A stretch of 64,000 nucleotides of DNA, from positions 1,550,001 through 1,614,000 of the forward strand of contig OZ059900.1 in the NCBI GenBank assembly GCA_964057225.1, in the 5' to 3' direction. This stretch comes from Auanema rhodensis (lineage: Eukaryota > Animalia > Nematoda). Shown here one piece after another: positions 27,951 through 42,500 of this stretch. How positions within the stretch are numbered: position 1 is the stretch's first letter; every line of letters starts with the position of its first letter. Both the position numbers and the translations under genes were made by a program. The notes below the pieces were generated by a model, which saw only the letters and a list, made by a program, of their open reading frames with translations, ran no database searches and had not been told where the DNA came from.

Positions 27951-30900
27951 AAATAGCATTACTACACTAAGTATGGTCGTTTTCATGCCTTTAACACCAT
28001 ATACTCACCGATTTTTGGTACAAAATCTGTGATACTCGTAAATTCTGATCATATTTGGTGAGATTCGAGAATCAAACACACAATACACGAAATAAGTTTA
28101 TTTTTATGAGCTTGCACTGATATATATTCATTTTGATCAAAAAAGGTCGAAAATAGAAAGAATTTTTGAATTTTCCGAGTTTTGAGTCCAATTGGGCTAA
28201 ATCGCTCATATATATGATCAAAAGCATAGTTTTATTGTCTATAACAACAAAAGTCATCAATTAAACGCTAGTGATGTTTAAATACTGAATTTCACTCAAA
28301 TAGCATTACTACACTAAGTATGGTCGTTTTTATGCCTTTAACACCATATACTCACCGATTTTTGGTACAAAATCTGTAATACTTGTAAATTTTGATCATA
28401 TTCGTTAAGATTTGAGAATCAAACATACAATACACAAAATCAGTCTATTTTTATGAGCTTGCACTGATATATATTCATTTTGATCAAAAAAGGTCGAAAA
28501 TAGAAAGAATTTTTGAAATTTCCGAGTTTTTAGTCTAATTTGGCTAAATCGCTCATATACATGATCAGAAGCATAGTTTTATTGTCTATGACAACAAAAG
28601 TCTTCAAATATACACTAATAATGTGTAAATCACTGAATTTCACTCAAATAGCATTACTACACTAAGTATGGTCGTTTTTATGCCTTTAACACCATATACT
28701 CACCGATTTTTGGTACAAAATCTGTAATACTCGTAAATTTTGATCATATTCGTTAAGATTTGAGAATCAAACACACAATAAACAAAATCAGTCTATTTTT
28801 ATGAGCTTGCACTGATATATATTCATTTTGATCAAAAAAGGTCGAAAATAGAAAGAATTTTTGAATTTTCCGAGTTTTGAGTCCAATTGGGCTAAATCGC
28901 TCATATATATGATCAAAAGCATAGTTTTATTGTCTATAACAACAAAAGTCATCAATTAAACGCTAGTGATGTTTAAATACTGAATTTCACTCAAATAGCA
29001 TTACTACACTAAGTATGGTCGTTTTTATGCCTTTAACACCATATACTCACCGATTTTTGGTACAAAATCTGTGATACTCGTAAATTTTGATCATATTTGG
29101 TGAGATTCGAGAATCAAACACACAATACACGAAATAAGTTTATTTTTACGAGTTTGCACTGATATTTATTCATTTTGATCAAAAAAGGTCGAAAATAGAA
29201 AGAATTTTTGAAATTTCCGAGTTTTGAGTCTAATTTGGCTAAATCGCTCATATATATGATCAAAAGCATAGTTTTATTGTCTATGACAACAAAAGTCATC
29301 AATTAAACGCTAGTGATGTTTAAATACTGAATTTCGCTCAAATAGCATTACTACACTAAGTATGGTCGTTTTTATGCCTTTAACACCATATACTCACCGA
29401 TTTTTGGTACAAAATCTGTAATACTCGTAAATTTTGATCATATTCGTTAAGATTTGAGAATCAAACATACAATACACAAAATCAGTCTATTTTTATGAGC
29501 TTGCACTGATATATATTCATTTTGATCAAAAAAGGTCGAAAATAGAAAGAATTTTTGAAATTTACGAGTTTTGAATCTAATTTGGCTAAATCGCTCATAT
29601 ATATGATCAAAAGCATAGTTTTACTGTCTATGATAACAAAAGTCTTCAAATATACACTAATAATGATTAAATCACTGAATTTCACTCAAATAGCATTACT
29701 ACACTAAGTATGGTCGTTTTCATGCCTTTAACACCATATACTCACCGATTTTTGGTACAAAATCTGTGATACTCGTAAATTCTGATCATATTTGGTGAGA
29801 TTCGAGAATCAAACACACAATACACGAAATAAGTTTATTTTTACGAGTTTGCACTGATATTTATTCATTTTGATCAAAAAAGGTCGAAAATAGAAAGAAT
29901 TTTTGAAATTTCCGAGTTTTGAGTCTAATTTGGCTAAATCGCTCATATATATGATCAAAAGCATAGTTTTATTGTCTATGACAACAAAAGTCATCAATTA
30001 AACGCTAGTGATGTTTAAATACTGAATTTCGCTCAAATAGCATTACTACACTAAGTATGGTCGTTTTTATGCCTTTAACACCATATACTCACCGATTTTT
30101 GGTACAAAATCTGTGATACTCGTAAATTTTGATCATATTCGGTGAGATTCGAGAATCAAACACACAATACACGAAATAAGTTTATTTTTACGAGTTTGCA
30201 CTGATATTTATTCATTTTGATCAAAAAAGGTCGAAAATAGAAAGAATTTTTGAAATTTCCGAGTTTTGAGTCTAATTTGGCTAAATCGCTCATATATATG
30301 ATCAAAAGCATAGTTTTATTGTCTATGACAACAAAAGTCATCAATTAAACGCTAGTGATGTTTAAATACTGAATTTCGCTCAAATAGCATTACTACACTA
30401 AGTATGGTCGTTTTCATGCCTTTAACACCATATACTCACCGATTTTTGGTACAAAATCTGTGATACTCGTAAATTTTGATCATATTCGGTGAGATTCGAG
30501 AATCAAACACACAATACACGAAATAAGTTTATTTTTACGAGTTTGCACTGATATTTATTCATTTTGATCAAAAAAGGTCGAAAATAGAAAGAATTTTTGA
30601 AATTTCCGAGTTTTGAGTCTAATTTGGCTAAATCGCTCATATATATGATCAAAAGCATAGTTTTATTGTCTATGACAACAAAAGTCATAAATTAAACGCT
30701 AGTGATGTTTAAATACTGATTTTCGCTCAAATAGCATTACTACACTAAGTATGGTCGTTTTTATGCCTTTAACACCATATACTCACCGATTTTTGGTACA
30801 AAATCTGTGATACTCGTAAATTTTGATCATATTCGGTGAGATTCGAGGATCGAACACACAATACACGAAATATGTTTATTTTGACGAGTTTGCACTGATA

Positions 30901-32969
30901 TTTATTCATTTTGATCAAAAAAGGTCGAAAATAGAAAGAATTTTTGAAATTTCCGAGTTTTGAGTCTAATTTGGCTAAATCGCTCATATACATGATCAGA
31001 AGCATAGTTTTATTGTCTATGACAACAAAAGTCATCAATTAAACGCTAGTGATGTTTAAATACTGATTTTCGCTCAAATAGCATTACTACACTAAGTATG
31101 GTCGTTTTTATGCCTTTAACACCATATACTCACCGATTTTTGGTACAAAATCTGTAATACTCGTAAATTTTGATCATATTCGTTAAGATTCGAAAATCAA
31201 ACACACAATAAACAAAATCAGTCTATTTTTATGAGCTTGCACTGATATATATTCATTTTGATCAAAAAAGGTCGAAAATAGAAAGAATTTTTGAAATTTA
31301 CGAGTTTTGAGTCTAATTTGGCTAAATCGCTCATATATATGATCAAAAGCATAGTTTTACTGTCTATGATAACAAAAGTCTTCAAATATACACTAATAAT
31401 GTGTAAATCACTGAATTTCACTCAAATGCATTACTACACTAAGTATGGTCGTTTTTATGCCTTTAACACCATATACTCACCGATTTTTGGTACAAAATCT
31501 GTAATACTTGTAAATTTTGATCATATTCGTTAAGATTCGAGAATCAAACACACAATACACGAAATAAGTTTATTTTTACGAGTTTGCACTGATATTTATT
31601 CATTTTGATCAAAAAAGGTCGAAAATAGAAAGAATTTTTGAAATTTCCGAGTTTTGAGTCTAATTTGGCTAAATTGCTCATATACATGATCAGAAGCATA
31701 GTTTTATTGTCAATGACAACAAAAGTCATCAATTAAACGCTAGTGATGTTTAAATACTGATTTTCGCTCAAATAGCATTACTACACTAAGTATGGTCATT
31801 TTTATGCCTTTAACACCATATACTCACCGATTTTTGGTACAAAATCTGTAATACTCGTAAATTTTGATCATATTCGTTAAGATTTGAGAATCAAACACAC
31901 AATAAACAAAATCAGTCTATTTTTATGAGCTTGCACTGATATATATTCATTTTGATCAAAAAAGGTCGAAAATAGAAAGAATTTTTGAATTTTCCGAGTT
32001 TTGAGTCTAATTTGGCTAAATCGCTCATATATATGATCAAAAGCATAGTTTTATTGTCTATGACAACAAAAGTCATCAATTAAACGCTAGTGATGTTTAA
32101 ATACTGAATTTCACTCAAATAGCATTACTACACTAAGTATGGTCGTTTTTATGCCTTTAACACCATATACTCACCGATTTTTGGTACAAAATCTGTGATA
32201 CTCGTAAATTTTGATCATATTCGGTGAGATTCGAGGATCGAACACACAATACACGAAATATGTTTATTTTGACGAGTTTGCACTGATATTTATTCATTTT
32301 GATCAAAAAAGGTCGAAAATAGAAAGAATTTTTGAAATTTCCGAGTTTTGAATCTAATTTGGCTAAATCGCTCATATACATGATCAGAAGCATAGTTTTA
32401 TTGTCTATGACAACAAAAGTCATCAATTAAACGCTAGTGATGTTTAAATACTGATTTTCGCTCAAATAGCATTACTACACTAAGTATGGTCGTTTTTATG
32501 CCTTTAACACCATATACTCACCGATTTTTGGTACAAAATCTGTAATACTCGTAAATTTTGATCATATTCGTTAAGATTTGAAAATCAAACACACAATAAA
32601 CAAAATCAGTCTATTTTTATGAGCTTGCACTGATATATATTCATTTTGATCAAAAAAGGTCGAAAATAGAAAGAATTTTTGAAATTTACGAGTTTTGAAT
32701 CTAATTTGGCTAAATCGCTCATATATATGATCAAAAGCATAGTTTTACTGTCTATGATAACAAAAGTCTTCAAATATACACTAATAATGATTAAATCACT
32801 GAATTTCACTCAAATAGCATTACTACACTAAGTATGGTCGTTTTCATGCCTTTAACACCATATATTCACCGATTTTTGGTACAAAATCTGTAATACTTGT
32901 AAATTTTGATCATATTCGTTAAGATTCGAGAATCAAACACACAATACACGAAATAAGTTTATTTTTACG

Positions 32970-35900
32970 AGTTTGCACTGATATTTATTCATTTTGATCA
33001 AAAAAGGTCGAAAATAGAAAGAATTTTTGAAATTTCCGAGTTTTGAGTCTAATTTGGCTAAATCGCTCATATATATGATCAAAAGCATAGTTTTATTGTC
33101 TATGACAACAAAAGTCATCAATTAAACGCTAGTGATGTTTAAATACTGAATTTCGCTCAAATAGCATTACTACACTAAGTATGGTCGTTTTTATGCCTTT
33201 AACACCATATACTCACCGATTTTTGGTACAAAATCTGTAATACTCGTAAATTTTGATCATATTCGTTAAGATTTGAGAATCAAACACACAATAAACAAAA
33301 TCAGTCTATTTTTATGAGCTTGCACTGATATATATTCATTTTGATCAAAAAAGGTCGAAAATAGAAAGAATTTTTGAATTTTCCGAGTTTTGAGTCCAAT
33401 TGGGCTAAATCGCTCATATATATGATCAAAAGCATAGTTTTATTGTCTATAACAACAAAAGTCATCAATTAAACGCTAGTGATGTTTAAATACTGAATTT
33501 CACTCAAATAGCATTACTACACTAAGTATGGTCGTTTTTATGCCTTTAACACCATATACTCACCGATTTTTGGTACAAAATCTGTGATACTCGTAAATTT
33601 TGATCATATTCGGTGAGATTCGAGAATCAAACACACAATACACGAAATAAGTTTATTTTTACGAGTTTGCACTGATATTTATTCATTTTGATCAAAAAAG
33701 GTCGAAAATAGAAAGAATTTTTGAAATTTCCGAGTTTTGAGTCTAATTTGGCTAAATCGCTCATATATATGATCAAAAGCATAGTTTTATTGTCTATGAC
33801 AACAAAAGTCATCAATTAAACGCTAGTGATGTTTAAATACTGAATTTCGCTCAAATAGCATTACTACACTAAGTATGGTCGTTTTTATGCCTTTAACACC
33901 ATATACTCACCGATTTTTGGTACAAAATCTGTAATACTCGTAAATTTTGATCATATTCGTTAAGATTTGAGAATCAAACATACAATACACAAAATCAGTC
34001 TATTTTTATGAGCTTGCACTGATATATATTCATTTTGATCAAAAAAGGTCGAAAATAGAAAGAATTTTTGAAATTTACGAGTTTTGAATCTAATTTGGCT
34101 AAATCGCTCATATATATGATCAAAAGCATAGTTTTACTGTCTATGATAACAAAAGTCTTCAAATATACACTAATAATGATTAAATCACTGAATTTCACTC
34201 AAATAGCATTACTACACTAAGTATGGTCGTTTTCATGCCTTTAACACCATATACTCACCGATTTTTGGTACAAAATCTGTGATACTCGTAAATTTTGATC
34301 ATATTTGGTGAGATTCGAGAATCAAACACACAATACACGAAATAAGTTTATTTTTACGAGTTTGCACTGATATTTATTCATTTTGATCAAAAAAGGTCGA
34401 AAATAGAAAGAATTTTTGAAATTTCCGAGTTTTGAGTCTAATTTGGCTAAATCGCTCATATATATGATCAAAAGCATAGTTTTATTGTCTATGACAACAA
34501 AAGTCATCAATTAAACGCTAGTGATGTTTAAATACTGAATTTCGCTCAAATAGCATTACTACACTAAGTATGGTCGTTTTTATGCCTTTAACACCATATA
34601 CTCACCGATTTTTGGTACAAAATCTGTAATACTCGTAAATTTTGATCATATTCGGTGAGATTCGAGAATCAAACACACAATACACGAAATAAGTTTATTT
34701 TGACGAGTTTGCACTGATATTTATTCATTTTGATCAAAAAAGGTCGAAAATAGAAAGAATTTTTGAAATTTCCGAGTTTTGAGTCTAATTTGGCTAAATC
34801 GCTCATATATATGACCAAAAGCATAGTTTTATTGTCTATGACAACAAAAGTCATCAATTAAACGCTAGTGATGTTTAAATACTGAATTTCGCTCAAATAG
34901 CATTACTACACTAAGTATGGTCGTTTTTATGCCTTTAACACCATATACTCACCGATTTTTGGTACAAAATCTGTAATACTCGTAAATTTTGATCATATTC
35001 GTTAAGATTTGAGAATCAAACACACAATAAACAAAATCAGTCTATTTTTATGAGCTTGCACTGATATATATTCATTTTGATCAAAAAAGGTCGAAAATAG
35101 AAAGAATTTTTGAATTTTCCGAGTTTTGAGTCCAATTGGGCTAAATCGCTCATATATATGATCAAAAGCATAGTTTTATTGTCTATAACAACAAAAGTCA
35201 TCAATTAAACGCTAGTGATGTTTAAATACTGAATTTCACTCAAATAGCATTACTACACTAAGTATGGTCGTTTTTATGCCTTTAACACCATATACTCACC
35301 GATTTTTGGTACAAAATCTGTGATACTCGTAAATTTTGATCATATTCGGTGAGATTCGAGAATCAAACACACAATACACGAAATAAGTTTATTTTTACGA
35401 GTTTGCACTGATATTTATTCATTTTGATCAAAAAAGGTCGAAAATAGAAAGAATTTTTGAAATTTCCGAGTTTTGAGTCTAATTTGGCTAAATCGCTCAT
35501 ATATATGATCAAAAGCATAGTTTTATTGTCTATGACAACAAAAGTCATCAATTAAACGCTAGTGATGTTTAAATACTGAATTTCGCTCAAATAGCATTAC
35601 TACACTAAGTATGGTCGTTTTTATGCCTTTAACACCATATACTCACCGATTTTTGGTACAAAATCTGTAATACTCGTAAATTTTGATCATATTCGTTAAG
35701 ATTTGAGAATCAAACATACAATACACAAAATCAGTCTATTTTTATGAGCTTGCACTGATATATATTCATTTTGATCAAAAAAGGTCGAAAATAGAAAGAA
35801 TTTTTGAAATTTACGAGTTTTGAATCTAATTTGGCTAAATCGCTCATATATATGATCAAAAGCATAGTTTTACTGTCTATGATAACAAAAGTCTTCAAAT

Positions 35901-36440
35901 ATACACTAATAATGATTAAATCACTGAATTTCACTCAAATAGCATTACTACACTAAGTATGGTCGTTTTCATGCCTTTAACACCATATACTCACCGATTT
36001 TTGGTACAAAATCTGTGATACTCGTAAATTTTGATCATATTTGGTGAGATTCGAGAATCAAACACACAATACACGAAATAAGTTTATTTTTACGAGTTTG
36101 CACTGATATTTATTCATTTTGATCAAAAAAGGTCGAAAATAGAAAGAATTTTTGAAATTTCCGAGTTTTGAGTCTAATTTGGCTAAATCGCTCATATATA
36201 TGATCAAAAGCATAGTTTTATTGTCTATGACAACAAAAGTCATCAATTAAACGCTAGTGATGTTTAAATACTGAATTTCGCTCAAATAGCATTACTACAC
36301 TAAGTATGGTCGTTTTTATGCCTTTAACACCATATACTCACCGATTTTTGGTACAAAATCTGTAATACTCGTAAATTTTGATCATATTCGGTGAGATTCG
36401 AGAATCAAACACACAATACACGAAATAAGTTTATTTTGAC
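32970..36440. repeat. 5-monomer tandem duplication (1736 bp) specific to macro copy 2
   Basis: Offset to copy 1 jumps from 26751 to 28487. ORFs 33627/35363, 33995/35731 and 34322/36058. Confidence 0.82.
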
Positions 36441-39400
36441 GAGTTTGCACTGATATTTATTCTTTTTGATCAAAAAAGGTCGAAAATAGAAAGAATTTTT
36501 GAATTTTCCGAGTTTTGAGTCCAATTGGGCTAAATCGCTCATATATATGATCAAAAGCATAGTTTTATTGTCTATAACAACAAAAGTCATCAATTAAACG
36601 CTAGTGATGTTTAAATACTGAATTTCACTCAAATAGCATTACTACACTAAGTATGGTCGTTTTTATGCCTTTAACACCATATACTCACCGATTTTTGGTA
36701 CAAAATCTGTGATACTCGTAAATTTTGATCATATTCGGTGAGATTCGAGAATCAAACACACAATACACGAAATAAGTTTATTTTTACGAGTTTGCACTGA
36801 TATTTATTCATTTTGATCAAAAAAGGTCGAAAATAGAAAGAATTTTTGAAATTTCCGAGTTTTGAGTCTAATTTGGCTAAATCGCTCATATATATGATCA
36901 AAAGCATAGTTTTATTGTCTATAACAACAAAAGTCATCAATTAAACGCTAGTGATGTTTAAATACTGAATTTCGCTCAAATAGCATTACTACACTAAGTA
37001 TGGTCGTTTTTATGCCTTTAACACCATATACTCACCGATTTTTGGTACAAAATCTGTAATACTCGTAAATTTTGATCATATTCGTTAAGATTTGAGAATC
37101 AAACATACAATACACAAAATCAGTCTATTTTTATGAGCTTGCACTGATATATATTCATTTTGATCAAAAAAGGTCGAAAATAGAAAGAATTTTTGAAATT
37201 TACGAGTTTTGAATCTAATTTGGCTAAATCGCTCATATATATGATCAAAAGCATAGTTTTATTGTCTATGACAACAAAAGTCATCAATTAAACGCTAGTG
37301 ATGTTTAAATACTTAATTTCGCTCAAATAGCATTACTACACTAAGTATGGTCGTTTTTATGCCTTTAACACCATATACTCACCGATTTTTGGTACAAAAT
37401 CTGTGATACTCGTAAATTTTGATCATATTCGGTGAGATTCGAGAATCAAACACACAATACACGAAATAAGTTTATTTTTACGAGTTTGCACTGATATTTA
37501 TTCATTTTGATCAAAAAAGGTCGAAAATAGAAAGAATTTTTGAAATTTCCGAGTTTTGAGTCTAATTTGGCTAAATCGCTCATATATATGATCAAAAGCA
37601 TAGTTTTATTGTCTATGACAACAAAAGTCATCAATTAAACGCTAGTGATGTTTAAATACTGAATTTCGCTCAAATAGCATTACTACACTAAGTATGGTCG
37701 TTTTTATGCCTTTAACACCATATACTCACCGATTTTTGGTACAAAATCTGTAATACTCGTAAATTTTGATCATATTCGTTAAGATTTGAGAATCAAACAT
37801 ACAATACACAAAATCAGTCTATTTTTATGAGCTTGCACTGATATATATTCATTTTGATCAAAAAAGGTCGAAAATAGAAAGAATTTTTGAAATTTACGAG
37901 TTTTGAATCTAATTTGGCTAAATCGCTCATATATATGATCAAAAGCATAGTTTTACTGTCTATGATAACAAAAGTCTTCAAATATACACTAATAATGATT
38001 AAATCACTGAATTTCACTCAAATAGCATTACTACACTAAGTATGGTCGTTTTCATGCCTTTAACACCATATACTCACCGATTTTTGGTACAAAATCTGTG
38101 ATACTCGTAAATTTTGATCATATTTGGTGAGATTCGAGAATCAAACACACAATACACGAAATAAGTTTATTTTTACGAGTTTGCACTGATATTTATTCAT
38201 TTTGATCAAAAAAGGTCGAAAATAGAAAGAATTTTTGAAATTTCCGAGTTTTGAGTCTAATTTGGCTAAATCGCTCATATATATGATCAAAAGCATAGTT
38301 TTATTGTCTATGACAACAAAAGTCATCAATTAAACGCTAGTGATGTTTAAATACTGAATTTCGCTCAAATAGCATTACTACACTAAGTATGGTCGTTTTT
38401 ATGCCTTTAACACCATATACTCACCGATTTTTGGTACAAAATCTGTAATACTCGTAAATTTTGATCATATTCGGTGAGATTCGAGAATCAAACACACAAT
38501 ACACGAAATAAGTTTATTTTGACGAGTTTGCACTGATATTTATTCTTTTTGATCAAAAAAGGTCGAAAATAGAAAGAATTTTTGAATTTTCCGAGTTTTG
38601 AGTCCAATTGGGCTAAATCGCTCATATATATGATCAAAAGCATAGTTTTATTGTCTATAACAACAAAAGTCATCAATTAAACGCTAGTGATGTTTAAATA
38701 CTGAATTTCACTCAAATAGCATTACTACACTAAGTATGGTCGTTTTTATGCCTTTAACACCATATACTCACCGATTTTTGGTACAAAATCTGTGATACTC
38801 GTAAATTTTGATCATATTCGGTGAGATTCGAGAATCAAACACACAATACACGAAATAAGTTTATTTTTACGAGTTTGCACTGATATTTATTCATTTTGAT
38901 CAAAAAAGGTCGAAAATAGAAAGAATTTTTGAAATTTCCGAGTTTTGAGTCTAATTTGGCTAAATCGCTCATATATATGATCAAAAGCATAGTTTTATTG
39001 TCTATAACAACAAAAGTCATCAATTAAACGCTAGTGATGTTTAAATACTGAATTTCGCTCAAATAGCATTACTACACTAAGTATGGTCGTTTTTATGCCT
39101 TTAACACCATATACTCACCGATTTTTGGTACAAAATCTGTAATACTCGTAAATTTTGATCATATTCGTTAAGATTTGAGAATCAAACATACAATACACAA
39201 AATCAGTCTATTTTCATGAGCTTGCACTGATATATATTCATTTTGATCAAAAAAGGTCGAAAATAGAAAGAATTTTTGAAATTTACGAGTTTTGAATCTA
39301 ATTTGGCTAAATCGCTCATATATATGATCAAAAGCATAGTTTTATTGTCTATGACAACAAAAGTCATCAATTAAACGCTAGTGATGTTTAAATACTTAAT

Positions 39401-39500
39401 TTCGCTCAAATAGCATTACTACACTAAGTATGGTCGTTTTTATGCCTTTAAAACCATATACTCACCGATTTTTGGTACAAAATCTGTGATACTCGTAAAT
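35300..39500. repeat. 6-monomer tandem duplication (2083 bp) specific to macro copy 2
   Basis: Offset jumps from 28487 to 30570. ORFs 35363-36752 recur at 37446-38835. ACTTAATTTC occurs at ~37311 and ~39394. Confidence 0.85.
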
Positions 39501-42500
39501 TTTGATCATATTCGGTGAGATTCGAGAATCAAACACACAATACACGAAATAAGTTTATTTTGACGAGTTTGCACTGATATTTATTCTTTTTGATCAAAAA
39601 AGGTCGAAAATAGAAAGAATTTTTGAAATTTCCGAGTTTTGAGTCTAATTTGGCTAAATCGCTCATATACATGATCAGAAGCATAGTTTTATTGTCTATG
39701 ACAACAAAAGTCATCAATTAAACGCTAGTGATGTTTAAATACTGATTTTCGCTCAAATAGCATTACTACACTAAGTATGGTCGTTTTTATGCCTTTAACA
39801 CCATATACTCACCGATTTTTGGTACAAAATCTGTAATACTCGTAAATTTTGATCATATTCGTTAAGATTCGAGAATCAAACATACAATACACAAAATCAG
39901 TCTATTTTTATGAGCTTGCACTGATATATATTCATTTTGATCAAAAAAGGTCGAAAATAGAAAGAATTTTTGAAATTTACGAGTTTTGAATCTAATTTGG
40001 CTAAATCGCTCATATATATGATCAAAAGCATAGTTTTACTGTCTATGATAACAAAAGTCTTCAAATATACACTAATAATGATTAAATCACTGAATTTCAC
40101 TCAAATAGCATTACTACACTAAGTATGGTCGTTTTTATGCCTTTAACACCATATACTCACCGATTTTTGGTACAAAATCTGTAATACTTGTAAATTTTGA
40201 TCATATTCGTTAAGATTCGAGAATCAAACACACAATACACGAAATAAGTTTATTTTTACGAGTTTGCACTGATATTTATTCATTTTGATCAAAAAAGGTC
40301 GAAAATAGAAAGAATTTTTGAAATTTCCGAGTTTTGAGTCTAATTTGGCTAAATCGCTCATATACATGATCAGAAGCATAGTTTTATTGTCTATGACAAC
40401 AAAAGTCATCAATTAAACGCTAGTGATGTTTAAATACTGATTTTCGCTCAAATAGCATTACTACACTAAGTATGGTCGTTTTTATGCCTTTAACACCATA
40501 CACTCACCGATTTTTGGTACAAAATCTGTAATACTCGTAATTTTTGATCATATTTGTTAAGATTTGAAAATCAAACACACAATAAACAAAATCAGTCTAT
40601 TTTTATGAGTTTGCACTGATATATATTCATTTTGATCAAAAAAGGTCGAAAATAGAAAGAATTTTCGAATTTTCCGAGTTTTGAGTCTAATTTGGCTAAA
40701 TCGCTCATATATATGATCAGAAGCATAGTTTTATTGTATATGACAACAAAAGTCATTAGGTAAACACTAATGATGTTTAAATCACTAAATTTCGCTCAAA
40801 TAGCATTACTACACTAAGTATGGTCGTTTTTATGCCTTTAACACCATATACTCACCGATTTTTGGTACAAAATCTGTAATACTCGTAAATTTTGATCATA
40901 TTCGTTAAGATTTGAAAATCAAACACACAATAAACAAAATCAGTCTATTTTTATGAGCTTGCACTGATATATATTCATTTTGATCAAAAAAGGTCGAAAA
41001 TAGAAAGAATTTTTGAATTTTCCGAGTTTTGAGTCCAATTGGGCTAAATCGCTCATATATATGATCAAAAGCATAGTTTTATTGTCTATAACAACAAAAG
41101 TCATCAATTAAACGCTAGTGATGTTTAAATACTGAATTTCACTCAAATAGCATTACTACACTAAGTATGGTCGTTTTTATGCCTTTAACACCATATACTC
41201 ACCGATTTTTGGTACAAAATCTGTGATACTCGTAAATTTTGATCATATTCGGTGAGATTCGAGAATCAAACACACAATACACGAAATAAGTTTATTTTTA
41301 CGAGTTTGCACTGATATTTATTCATTTTGATCAAAAAAGGTCGAAAATAGAAAGAATTTTTGAAATTTCCGAGTTTTGAGTCTAATTTGGCTAAATCGCT
41401 CATATATATGATCAAAAGCATAGTTTTATTGTCTATGACAACAAAAGTCATCAATTAAACGCTAGTGATGTTTAAATACTGAATTTCGCTCAAATAGCAT
41501 TACTACACTAAGTATGGTCGTTTTTATGCCTTTAACACCATATACTCACCGATTTTTGGTACAAAATCTGTAATACTCGTAAATTTTGATCATATTCGTT
41601 AAGATTTGAGAATCAAACATACAATACACAAAATCAGTCTATTTTTATGAGCTTGCACTGATATATATTCATTTTGATCAAAAAAGGTCGAAAATAGAAA
41701 GAATTTTTGAAATTTACGAGTTTTGAATCTAATTTGGCTAAATCGCTCATATATATGATCAAAAGCATAGTTTTACTGTCTATGATAACAAAAGTCTTCA
41801 AATATACACTAATAATGATTAAATCACTGAATTTCACTCAAATAGCATTACTACACTAAGTATGGTCGTTTTCATGCCTTTAACACCATATACTCACCGA
41901 TTTTTGGTACAAAATCTGTGATACTCGTAAATTCTGATCATATTTGGTGAGATTCGAGAATCAAACACACAATACACGAAATAAGTTTATTTTTACGAGT
42001 TTGCACTGATATTTATTCATTTTGATCAAAAAAGGTCGAAAATAGAAAGAATTTTTGAAATTTCCGAGTTTTGAGTCTAATTTGGCTAAATCGCTCATAT
42101 ATATGATCAAAAGCATAGTTTTATTGTCTATGACAACAAAAGTCATCAATTAAACGCTAGTGATGTTTAAATACTGAATTTCGCTCAAATAGCATTACTA
42201 CACTAAGTATGGTCGTTTTTATGCCTTTAACACCATATACTCACCGATTTTTGGTACAAAATCTGTGATACTCGTAAATTTTGATCATATTCGGTGAGAT
42301 TCGAGAATCAAACACACAATACACGAAATAAGTTTATTTTTACGAGTTTGCACTGATATTTATTCATTTTGATCAAAAAAGGTCGAAAATAGAAAGAATT
42401 TTTGAAATTTCCGAGTTTTGAGTCTAATTTGGCTAAATCGCTCATATATATGATCAAAAGCATAGTTTTATTGTCTATGACAACAAAAGTCATCAATTAA

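Larger units (their letters stand above)
1892..28642. repeat. Macro-repeat copy 1 (26,751 bp, 77 monomers)
   Basis: ORFs 2363-7571 recur at 29114-34322 (offset 26751). The remainder recurs at offsets 28487, 30570 and 30223. Confidence 0.88.
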
